From Candidatus Hodarchaeota archaeon (GTDB taxonomy: Archaea > Asgardarchaeota > Lokiarchaeia > Sigyniarchaeales > SOKP01): DNA of 64,000 nt. How positions within the stretch are numbered: position 1 is the first letter of the stretch; each line of letters starts with the position of its first letter. Under the pieces are notes generated by a model. It was given only the letters and a program-made list of their open reading frames with translations, was not told the DNA's origin and did not search any database. This document shows positions 45,244 through 53,787 of this stretch, one piece after another. The DNA lies in contig JBHLJZ010000006.1 of NCBI GenBank assembly GCA_048887165.1, positions 8,210-72,209 of the forward strand. The letters run 5' to 3'. A program made the position numbers and the translations under genes.

Positions 45244-46482
45244 TTATAAAATTTTAATTTCTTCAACATCTTCAATATATTTACTAATTAAATCATCAAG
45301 TTTCAAGGAATAATATATCTCTTTCAATTTTTCATAATTAAATTCTTGATTTCTCGGTTTGAAATGGCAATAATCAAATTTTTTGAATTCGGTTGAGATT
45401 TGATTTGAAATTTCAGTGATCTTTTCAAAATCTGATCCAATATTGGGAGTAAATATTGGAAAATGGGAGAATAAGTAATTAAGAGATATTGTCTCTAGTT
45501 CTATTTCATCTGGACATAAGGTTGATTTATTTAGACTAACACCATCTATTATTCCCACTGATTTACGTAAATCAAGAAATTTAGAAATTTCCAATAATCT
45601 TGCTAAAATATTAAGCCTAACTAGCTTACAGATACTACAATAATGTTGTTTATCCTCAATTCTTTCAAAAATTCTTTCTAAAATGTGAAATAAATCCACT
45701 TTTAATAATCTAAAGTTATTTAACGGAAAATAATCTCTTATGATTTCCCAATTGGATACCCAATTTTTAAAATAATTATTATTGTTCATATTATCAAATA
45801 ATACAGGATAAATCACACAACCTCTTCTCATCATTAAAAATCCAGCAACGATATCATTTATTCTACCAATATCCATTACTATTACTTTCTTCGGAGGTTC
45901 TATCGGTAAACCTCCCCAATTATTTCTTATAATTTGGGAGAAAATGTAAGCAAATTCATCTCTAACTTCTATATATATTTTTTTGTTAGGATTAGTTAAA
46001 TTTACTTTTAAATTCAATTCTTTCATATTATCTAAAATTTCTTGTCCAACAACTTTGGCAATTTCCAATGAATTATAATCATGTTTACCAGATCTTTTTA
46101 TTCTAAGAGCGAATGAATCATGATGCTGTAAAATCTCTTTCGCTGCTTCAATTGTTCTCTCTGAAATATTTTTAAGGTTGGATGAGGTTCTAAGTGCAGG
46201 ACTTATAGAATATATTCCAAATACATTTTTTAAAATGTTAATAGCATCAATTAAATCCTCATTGTTAAAAAAAAAGAAAATTCGTGAAGAATCTTTACTT
46301 AATTGATATTTATGAAAAGAAATGTTATTGCGATTGAGTACTTTCTTAATATTATTCATTAATATCTTCAACATTCGAATCTTAACTTTTTGAGATTTAA
46401 GCCAAATTTCTCCATATCGGATTAAAATTAAATTATATTGCTTTAAAATCTGTATTTTATCCATGTTTAACATGAAATCCAA
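45244..46482 (-). CDS. ThiI-like THUMP-domain protein with a degenerate PP-loop
   Basis: 412 aa. The N-terminal ferredoxin-like and THUMP domains are present (LILIRYGEIWLKSQKV, FALRIKRSGKHDYNSLEIAKVVGQ, GGLPIEP). Where ThiI has LLSGGIDSPVAGYLMMKRG, this protein has VMDIGRINDIVAGFLMMRRG. A CxxC motif is retained (HYCSICK). Confidence 0.7.
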   Translation of the reverse strand: MDFMLNMDKIQILKQYNLILIRYGEIWLKSQKVKIRMLKILMNNIKKVLNRNNISFHKYQLSKDSSRIFFFFNNEDLIDAINILKNVFGIYSISPALRTSSNLKNISERTIEAAKEILQHHDSFALRIKRSGKHDYNSLEIAKVVGQEILDNMKELNLKVNLTNPNKKIYIEVRDEFAYIFSQIIRNNWGGLPIEPPKKVIVMDIGRINDIVAGFLMMRRGCVIYPVLFDNMNNNNYFKNWVSNWEIIRDYFPLNNFRLLKVDLFHILERIFERIEDKQHYCSICKLVRLNILARLLEISKFLDLRKSVGIIDGVSLNKSTLCPDEIELETISLNYLFSHFPIFTPNIGSDFEKITEISNQISTEFKKFDYCHFKPRNQEFNYEKLKEIYYSLKLDDLISKYIEDVEEIKIL

Positions 46483-46497
46483 ATGTTAATTGAAGAT

Positions 46498-48093
46498 TTA
46501 AATTAATGTTGCAATATGATAATTTCCTATGATCTTTACTTCTCCTGTTATTAAGTTATGCTCCTTTAAGACAACTAAACCTTTTTTATAGATTTCAATT
46601 TCATTAATAACAGCATCAAAATGTTTCGAACCAAGATTTCCTCCATTTGAAAAAATAGTATTCTCAATTTTCACATTAAATGAAATGCTCGGTGAACTAT
46701 TTAATACTAAATCTATCTGAGAACGAGCAAATTGAGATAAAACATCACCAGAGTCTATTAACTCCGTTCTCCAAACGCTCAGGGGTGTAGGAATAAGGCT
46801 ATGAAAACAACACACACCAAAAATTTTTTGATGACTAAGTGATAAAACCTTTTCAATAAACTTATTCAATCTCTTTCTTCCTATAAATCCTACATTCGAA
46901 TCCCGAGTAGTAGAATTCATTCCTTGAAAATAAAAAATATCATTCTCAAATAAAGGGTCAAAATCTCCGATATATTGACTCCAGTATTCCCAAGCTGGGG
47001 GGATAGAATCTGTATAACCCGGAACAACTATATATGGATAATTTAATTGATCCAATTTCTGCTTAGCGATTTTAAATTCCTCTCTTAAACTGTTTTTTGT
47101 CAGATTTCCAGCATGAACTACTAAATCAATATCTTTTAGCTTATTGATTTTTTCAATTGCTCTATCAAAATTAGTAGTTTTATCTTCAGAATCCTCTGAA
47201 ATTAGAGAATTAGATATTTGAATAAATCTACTAATAGGTTTTTTATGTTTATCAAGATGTAGTGGAATATAATAGTCTACTTCTCGATGTATCTCTCTCT
47301 TTGAATTATTGTCTAGAATAGGAATAATTTTAAAACTAAGATTATTACCTTCTATATCAATAATAGCGTAGCTAAACAAGTCTCGATATCTTGTTTTATT
47401 ACAAGAAAAGGTTCCTGCATTAAATATTAATAAATCTTTCTCACTACTACTTACAGTGTATAGATTAGAAGTGTGCCTATGACCATTTAAAACTAAATCT
47501 GCTTTTGTTTCTAAAAGCATCTTGAGCATATCTCCTGAATCGTCAATTGCAGAACGCTCCTTTCCAGTATTAGGAATGGGTATAAGTTGATGATGAAAAC
47601 AGACAATTTTGAATTTTTCTTCTCTTTCTTTTTTTTCCAGTCTTTCTCTAACAGCTCTAATTACATTATGATGAATAACTCCCCCTGGTAGATCAGGTTT
47701 AGTACTATCTATTCCAATTACATATATATCTTCATCTTCATACTCGTAATGCCTTCTACCAATCATTTCTTCGAAGAGTAAATATCCTACATTTAAAGCA
47801 TCATGATTTCCTATTAAAACCATAATTGGACTTTTTGAGATTGGTTCAAACTTCTTAAATTGTTCTAGCGCAAATTCATAATCTAATAAAGTCCCTAAAT
47901 GAGTCACGTCGCCCAAATGAAGATAAAGCGCAACATTCTTTATATTATTTACTTGTTCAATTCCTAAGTTAAAAGCATGCAGATTAAAAGCGCCCTCAGC
48001 ACGAGTAATATGGGTATCTGAAATAATAACTAACCTTTTTCTAGATTTAGGGCGATCCTGTGATTTTAATTTTACACTTTGTTCAGTTATCAT
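46498..48093 (-). CDS. Tandem (double) calcineurin-like metallophosphoesterase
   Basis: 531 aa. The first domain has VIISDTHI, HLGDVTHLG, LIGNHD, CFHHQL and NGHRH. The second domain is more degenerate (VVHAGNLT, VVPGYTD, CCFHSL). It overlaps the upstream gene by 11 nt. Confidence 0.75.
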   Translation of the reverse strand: MITEQSVKLKSQDRPKSRKRLVIISDTHITRAEGAFNLHAFNLGIEQVNNIKNVALYLHLGDVTHLGTLLDYEFALEQFKKFEPISKSPIMVLIGNHDALNVGYLLFEEMIGRRHYEYEDEDIYVIGIDSTKPDLPGGVIHHNVIRAVRERLEKKEREEKFKIVCFHHQLIPIPNTGKERSAIDDSGDMLKMLLETKADLVLNGHRHTSNLYTVSSSEKDLLIFNAGTFSCNKTRYRDLFSYAIIDIEGNNLSFKIIPILDNNSKREIHREVDYYIPLHLDKHKKPISRFIQISNSLISEDSEDKTTNFDRAIEKINKLKDIDLVVHAGNLTKNSLREEFKIAKQKLDQLNYPYIVVPGYTDSIPPAWEYWSQYIGDFDPLFENDIFYFQGMNSTTRDSNVGFIGRKRLNKFIEKVLSLSHQKIFGVCCFHSLIPTPLSVWRTELIDSGDVLSQFARSQIDLVLNSSPSISFNVKIENTIFSNGGNLGSKHFDAVINEIEIYKKGLVVLKEHNLITGEVKIIGNYHIATLI

Positions 48094-48835
48094 ATTTTTT
48101 CTTGTTTTTCAATTTAGCTGGATGACCCGAATATATTATATTTTCTTCTAAAATAGAATTATAATTTGTATAAGAATGAGCGGACATTTTTGCTCCTTTT
48201 TTAACTATAGTACCAGGTAAAAGCACACATTTTGCTCCTATTAAAACATCATTTTCAACAATTATTCTTTTTAATATAAACTTTTCTTGTTCAATACCAA
48301 AACTGATCAACGTGCTATTCATTCCAATAATCACATTTTTTCCGACCTCTACAAATTCAGATGATATCCAACTATTATCGCAAATTGTATTTTTTCCTAT
48401 TTTGACTCCGAAAAATCGCAAAGTAAAGCGGTTTTTAAACCAAGGAAAAGGATTTGAAGCGTTAAGAAACAACGGCCACTTTTTTATTATATTCCTTATA
48501 TTCCAATAGAAGTAATCATTATCAGATATATCCCTTTTAAATTGGCCTTCTTTGGGTAAATGGATCAGATTAACAATCTTTAACAATAAACTTGAAACTA
48601 AAATTGCACTCGATAAAAGAATATAAATAGAAATTATCGCATTTAAAGGTATGAGTAAAAGAAAAAACCAATAAAACCCTTCTTTCCATAATACTATAAT
48701 CAATAAATATTCAAATAAAGCTAGTGGAAAGCTACTTAAGACTATGATTAATACATAGAGAAAAAAATATTTCTTTCTTAGTTTTTCATCAAAAGGTACA
48801 GGTGATTCTCCTTTTAGACTTGCAGGTTGAAACAT
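48083..48835 (-). CDS. Membrane-anchored hexapeptide-repeat (left-handed beta-helix) transferase-like protein, paralogue 2
   Basis: 250 aa with N-terminal TM helices, then FGVKIGKNTICDNSWISSEFVEVGKNVIIGMNSTLI...IVENDVLIGAKCVLLPGTIVKKGAKM (hexapeptide periodicity). Confidence 0.65.
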   Translation of the reverse strand: MFQPASLKGESPVPFDEKLRKKYFFLYVLIIVLSSFPLALFEYLLIIVLWKEGFYWFFLLLIPLNAIISIYILLSSAILVSSLLLKIVNLIHLPKEGQFKRDISDNDYFYWNIRNIIKKWPLFLNASNPFPWFKNRFTLRFFGVKIGKNTICDNSWISSEFVEVGKNVIIGMNSTLISFGIEQEKFILKRIIVENDVLIGAKCVLLPGTIVKKGAKMSAHSYTNYNSILEENIIYSGHPAKLKNKKKYDN

Positions 48836-49690
48836 TTATTTTTTCTCCTCCTTTGATCCGCTTATTTCAAATCCATCTTTTACTTTTTTAATACGCTCTG
48901 CTTTTTCTTGAGATTCTTCAACAGATTGGATTGGTAGGGTCACACTTACAGGAAGACCTACATGAATTAAATCCCCTTCTAGTTCCTGTCCAATGGAAGT
49001 ATAACTATTAACTCCTAAAACCGCTCTGTCTTGCATAATCGTACCAGGAGTAATAATAGTATGGGGTCCAACTACACAAGCTTCTCCTATTTTAACTCTT
49101 TTTATTAACACTTTATCATGATATAATAAATGCGAAAAAATACATATGTTTAATGAAGTCATAGTAAAATTGCCAATTTCTACAAAAACAGGATCTATAT
49201 AACCTTCATACAACACTACGTTTTTTCCTATCCTGATACCGAAAAAACGATACACTATTATATCTAACCAAGGTAAAGGTAAGGCTCTAGCAAGCCAAAT
49301 AGGAAAATAAGCAGTCCAGAACCTTCTATGCATGTATTTCCAATCTTTACTCCCTCTTTTAAAAATGCCTTCTCTTGGACGTGAAATCTTGTTTATAAGT
49401 CTAAAAATTAACGCTGAAACCGCTATGACTGAAAATGTAAATAAAAAAATATTCCCATATATATTCAATGGCAGTAATAACCAGTAATACCATTCTGGTC
49501 TCATTATTAAGGGATAAAAATTATTCCCCGTCAGAAGATAATATAGACCATTAAAAAACCACGCATTGACAAAAACAATTATTAATCCACCAATAAATAA
49601 TTGAAGAATGATAATTAATGTAAATGGTGTCTTGTATACTCCTGAACTTGAGATATATTCAACTTCATAATCTAATTTCATTTCTCCCAA
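48836..49690 (-). CDS. Membrane-anchored hexapeptide-repeat (left-handed beta-helix) transferase-like protein, paralogue 1
   Basis: 284 aa with the same layout as 48083-48835 (FGIRIGKNVVLYEGYIDPVFVEIGNFT...KIGEACVVGPHTIITPGTIMQDRAVLG). It directly abuts its paralogue. Confidence 0.65.
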   Translation of the reverse strand: MGEMKLDYEVEYISSSGVYKTPFTLIIILQLFIGGLIIVFVNAWFFNGLYYLLTGNNFYPLIMRPEWYYWLLLPLNIYGNIFLFTFSVIAVSALIFRLINKISRPREGIFKRGSKDWKYMHRRFWTAYFPIWLARALPLPWLDIIVYRFFGIRIGKNVVLYEGYIDPVFVEIGNFTMTSLNICIFSHLLYHDKVLIKRVKIGEACVVGPHTIITPGTIMQDRAVLGVNSYTSIGQELEGDLIHVGLPVSVTLPIQSVEESQEKAERIKKVKDGFEISGSKEEKK

Positions 49691-49910
49691 ACTAACCTAC
49701 TCAAATCTATCATGAATTATTAATTATATTTTATTCCCATTAAATAAATATATTTTACATAATTGTTTTTTTAAATTTTTGATATTTTTTGATAGGATTA
49801 ATTTAAATATTTAAACTCTTATATAAAAAACAATTAAAAAACTGTTGATTTATAATATATATAAAATTAAAAATAAATTCAAGATAAAAAGATAAAAATA
49901 ATTATAAGGT

Positions 49911-50765
49911 GTGAGATTCGTGTCGATTGACTGGGCTAAAGCTGAAGAAAAGCCTGATAAGAAGCAACCTGTCGAGGGAAGATTCTTATTAGATCTTAGG
50001 GCAAAGGTAAATGATTTAGAAAAACAATTGAGTGAAACAAAGAATGAATTGAATCAGACGAAGAATGAATTAGGCTCTACAGCAAGTGAATTGCAGAAAG
50101 CAACAAACAATCTAAAATCAACAAAAACTACACTAGAGGGAACTAAATCAGAGCTTGATAATACGAAATCAGCACTATTAGAAGCTCAAAATGAACTTGC
50201 CAGTTTAACCAAACAAATCGAAAGTCTTAATTCCCAGCTTTCTGAGGTAAATACCAAAGTAAGTGAACTGGAAAGCAGTTTAGGCAATAAAGAGAGTGAA
50301 ATATCTAATTTAACTTCAGAATTAGACTCTCTTAAAAAATTGGAGAGCCTTCCGGATGAATTAGCTAGCCTGAATGCTCAAATTGAAGAATTAAACAATA
50401 AACTTGCAGAAGAAACCGAAGAGAAAAACAATCTAAATACTCAATTAGGTGAATTGAATAATTTATTATTACAAAAAGATTCAGAGCTAGAAGAATTGAA
50501 AGTTACTTTAGGTGATAAAGATAAATTAGTTGCTGCTCAAACAGCTCGTTTAGAAGAAGTAGAAGGTGAATTACAAGAGTTAAAACCTCCAGACATGGGT
50601 GCAGGAGGTTTTGCTAGTGAAGAGAGGATTACATGCCCAATGTGTGGAGCTGTTGGTCAGAATATAAAATCTGTAGAAGATAAGTCCAAAGTTTTAAGTT
50701 ATGTTGGTCATATTCCGATGTATGCTAAGAAACATGTTTGTAAAAAATGCGGATATGAATTTTAG
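49911..50765 (+). CDS. Coiled-coil protein with a C-terminal zinc ribbon
   Basis: 284 aa with a GTG start. About 200 aa form a heptad-like repetitive coiled coil (TKNELNQTKNELGSTASELQKATNNLKSTKTTLEGTKSELDNTKSALLEAQNELASL). The C-terminus carries CPMCG...CKKCG. Confidence 0.55.
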   Translation: MRFVSIDWAKAEEKPDKKQPVEGRFLLDLRAKVNDLEKQLSETKNELNQTKNELGSTASELQKATNNLKSTKTTLEGTKSELDNTKSALLEAQNELASLTKQIESLNSQLSEVNTKVSELESSLGNKESEISNLTSELDSLKKLESLPDELASLNAQIEELNNKLAEETEEKNNLNTQLGELNNLLLQKDSELEELKVTLGDKDKLVAAQTARLEEVEGELQELKPPDMGAGGFASEERITCPMCGAVGQNIKSVEDKSKVLSYVGHIPMYAKKHVCKKCGYEF

Positions 50766-50929
50766 CTAAAATTGTAAGTTTTTCTCATTTTTTTATTTAT
50801 TCTTTCTTTTATTATTTAATAGATTTGACTATTTAGGAAATTAATTTTGGGATTATTTATTGAGAGTAAAAAATTCAAGAAAGAAATTTAAAAAAATTAT
50901 AATAAACTCTGCGATTTAATCTATCTATT

Positions 50930-52237
50930 ATGGATTATAAGAAAAAATTCATCGGCTCTTTACCTCAAAAAGAGTTACTTAAATTATATGCAAAACACGT
51001 AAATGCTCCTAAAGTTAAGTTCTTTAAAAATATTGGTTTGGGTTTAATTCCTGGAGAACGAAATGGGATAAAGTTAAAGACATTAGCGGGTCCAAAGCAG
51101 ACAGATCCACCCTTAGAACTGTTTAATTGCAGAACTTCCGGCGGTGTATATAATTTAGGGCATTGTAATCCTAGAATCTTTCAAATTGTTAAAGACGCTT
51201 TGGATGCAGGTTTAGATATTGGTGATCATATTCTATTATCTGAGCAAAGAGCGCTTTTAGGAAAAAAGTTAGCAGACTTGCTACCCGGCGATATTAGTAA
51301 AACCACCTTTGGAGTTAGTGGAGGAGAGGCAATCGATTGCGCTATAAAATTTTCTAGAGCCTATACTAAAAGAAAAGGATGTATATCTGCTATTGGTGGT
51401 TATCATGGACACACTGGTTTCGCTTTAGCAACAGGAGATCCGAGTTTTAAAGATCATTTTCTGTGGAGTCTGCCAGAGTTTAAGCAAGTTCCATTTGCTG
51501 ATATAGAAGCATTAAGGAAAGCTATCACAGAAGAAACAGCATGTGTTATTTTAGAAACAATTCCTGCCACAGCGGGTATCTTGATCGCACTAGAGGGATA
51601 TTTTACAGAGGTAAGAGAAATTTGTGATGATTCAGGTACCATGATGATTATCGATGAGGTACAAGCAGGTCTTGGTAGAACTGGTGAATTATGGGCTATA
51701 TATGGTGGATTACACCCAAATGAAAAAGTTATTCCCGATTTCATGGTATTAGGAAAAGGAATGAGTTCTAGTATTTATCCAATATCCACTTGTAGTTATA
51801 AGCCATTTATAGAAAAATCTGTATTTAAAGAAGATCCATTTATTCACATTTCCACCACAGGAGGTTCTGACATCGGCTGTGTTATTGCATTAGAAATGTT
51901 AGAAATTCAATCTGATCCGAAATTTTTAAATCATGTCAAAGAAATGGGTAAAGTTTTTAAGAACGGATTGGAAGAAATAAAAGAGGATTTCCCGGATTTA
52001 ATTAAAGATGTACGAGGAAGAGGTCTTATGTGGGGAGTAGAATTTTATAATGACGATGATAGTCAATTTGCTATGCTTTATATGATTAGAGAAGGGGTTC
52101 TACTTGATTATTGCGGAAATAAAAAAGATACTCTTAAAATTTTGCCCCCGTTAATCGTTCAAAAGAATGATCTTGAAGAAATTCTTTCACGAATAAGAGT
52201 GGGAGTTTCGAATTTGAAAAAACTTAAAAATAGATAA
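50930..52237 (+). CDS. Class III PLP-dependent aminotransferase (ornithine/GABA/acetylornithine aminotransferase-like)
   Basis: 435 aa with SGGEAIDCAIK, GGYHGHT, IIDEVQAGLGRTGELWA and the PLP-lysine LGKG. The substrate is not inferable. Confidence 0.8.
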   Translation: MDYKKKFIGSLPQKELLKLYAKHVNAPKVKFFKNIGLGLIPGERNGIKLKTLAGPKQTDPPLELFNCRTSGGVYNLGHCNPRIFQIVKDALDAGLDIGDHILLSEQRALLGKKLADLLPGDISKTTFGVSGGEAIDCAIKFSRAYTKRKGCISAIGGYHGHTGFALATGDPSFKDHFLWSLPEFKQVPFADIEALRKAITEETACVILETIPATAGILIALEGYFTEVREICDDSGTMMIIDEVQAGLGRTGELWAIYGGLHPNEKVIPDFMVLGKGMSSSIYPISTCSYKPFIEKSVFKEDPFIHISTTGGSDIGCVIALEMLEIQSDPKFLNHVKEMGKVFKNGLEEIKEDFPDLIKDVRGRGLMWGVEFYNDDDSQFAMLYMIREGVLLDYCGNKKDTLKILPPLIVQKNDLEEILSRIRVGVSNLKKLKNR

Positions 52238-52254
52238 AAAATAAAAAGTTATTT

Positions 52255-53646
52255 TTAAACTCTTTCTTTCTTTGTAGTATGAATTTCTTGGAGCTTTTCT
52301 TTAACAGCTTTTAATTTTTCTCCATCTAAAGGATATTTATATATGGCTAAAATAGCAATTGCTAAAGCTATAACTGGAAATAGAAACATCAGTATTCTTA
52401 ATCCAAGTACCACATCGGCTATTAACGGAAAGGCTTCAAAAGTTGTCCAACCAACAGTACTGAATACAGATCCTATTGCAAAGATCACTAAAACATTTGA
52501 AAATCTCAATATAAATGCATTTACACCATAATAACCAGCTTCTCTTCTCATCCCTGTCGCAATTTCGTCTTCATCAACGATATCAGCAACAACTAAATCG
52601 ATAATATATAATGATCCTGCTAAACCAATCCCTAGTAAAAAGAATGCTATGATACCTGAAGTAAAATCTGCTATAAACATAAATGGTACCAAACCCAAAA
52701 TCCAAACAAACATTGAGAGCATCCATGATTTTCTATTACCAATTCTTTTAACAACGGGTCTCCATAGTATAGTTATAAAAATGGTTGCTGAAATAAATGT
52801 TAAACCCAACAATACTGAAGCCAAGAATGCATCTGTAACATTAAGAACGTATTTTGAATAAAGTGGGACTATGGTTGGAAGCATACCAAACACAAACCAA
52901 TTCGCAGTTTCCGATATTATATACCATCGAAATGATTTACTTTTCAGGCAAAATTTTATTGTATTGAAGAAACTAAACGCATTTTTATAATCCTCTGAAA
53001 ACTCTGGTTTTTCCTTTGGTCCCAAAAATAGAAGAACTAAAGCTGCTATTATAATTATTATTCCTGCTATAATTCCAAAAACTTGATATTGGGGCAATGA
53101 TGCTGGATTTGCATAATCAGAGATTACTAAACCTGGTAAAATGAAGGCAAATATTAAAGCAACTATAGTAAATATTTGCCGAATATTATTACCTTTTGTC
53201 CGTTCTTCTTTAGACATAAACACTTCTGGGAAAAGTGAGGTATAATTTAGGCTAAATGTAGTATATATGAGTTCAAAGACTAAAATTATTATAAAAAAGT
53301 AAATAAAATTGCCAATTTGATTCGCTGGATCAACTGGTAATGGTGGTGTAAATAAGAGAAACGTTACAATACCTAGAGGAATAAAAAAAATCATAATATA
53401 AGGTAAACGACGCCCCCATCTTGTATGTGTTTTATCTGAAAAATAACCTATAAGAGGGTCATTAATAGCATTCCACACAGCCCAGATCGCATAGCCAAGA
53501 GTAATTAACCACACATCAATTCCCACAACAGCAAAATAAAATGTAAAAATCAACAGAATAAACGATTGATAAGCAGTTTGATCGCTAATTTGTCCGAAAC
53601 TATAGAAAACAGCTTTTTTCATTATACCTGATTCTTTTTTACTCAT
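52255..53646 (-). CDS. GPH-family (MelB/UidB-like) glycoside-pentoside-hexuronide:cation symporter
   Basis: 463 aa, about 12 TM, with the signature GYFSDKTHTRWGRRLPYI. Tandem paralogue of 53788-55200. Confidence 0.8.
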   Translation of the reverse strand: MSKKESGIMKKAVFYSFGQISDQTAYQSFILLIFTFYFAVVGIDVWLITLGYAIWAVWNAINDPLIGYFSDKTHTRWGRRLPYIMIFFIPLGIVTFLLFTPPLPVDPANQIGNFIYFFIIILVFELIYTTFSLNYTSLFPEVFMSKEERTKGNNIRQIFTIVALIFAFILPGLVISDYANPASLPQYQVFGIIAGIIIIIAALVLLFLGPKEKPEFSEDYKNAFSFFNTIKFCLKSKSFRWYIISETANWFVFGMLPTIVPLYSKYVLNVTDAFLASVLLGLTFISATIFITILWRPVVKRIGNRKSWMLSMFVWILGLVPFMFIADFTSGIIAFFLLGIGLAGSLYIIDLVVADIVDEDEIATGMRREAGYYGVNAFILRFSNVLVIFAIGSVFSTVGWTTFEAFPLIADVVLGLRILMFLFPVIALAIAILAIYKYPLDGEKLKAVKEKLQEIHTTKKERV

Positions 53647-53787
53647 AAATCATCACGAGACTAATTTTTAGTTAATTTTAATCACTAAGATATTTTTTAA
53701 AGAAATTTTAGTTAATTTTAATTAGATGTTATTTTAATTAATAGCCTAAATAAAAACCATTCTAATTAAAAAAAAAAATGAAAAAGA

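Noticed and set aside
15911-49690. An anti-phage defence island (LRR proteins, metallophosphoesterase, GTPases)
   Set aside because: I found no nuclease, STAND/NACHT NTPase, TIR, Sir2, cyclase, restriction-modification or toxin-antitoxin signatures. The LRR proteins lack effector domains, and the genes are interleaved with housekeeping genes (lig, hisGDC, rps25e).
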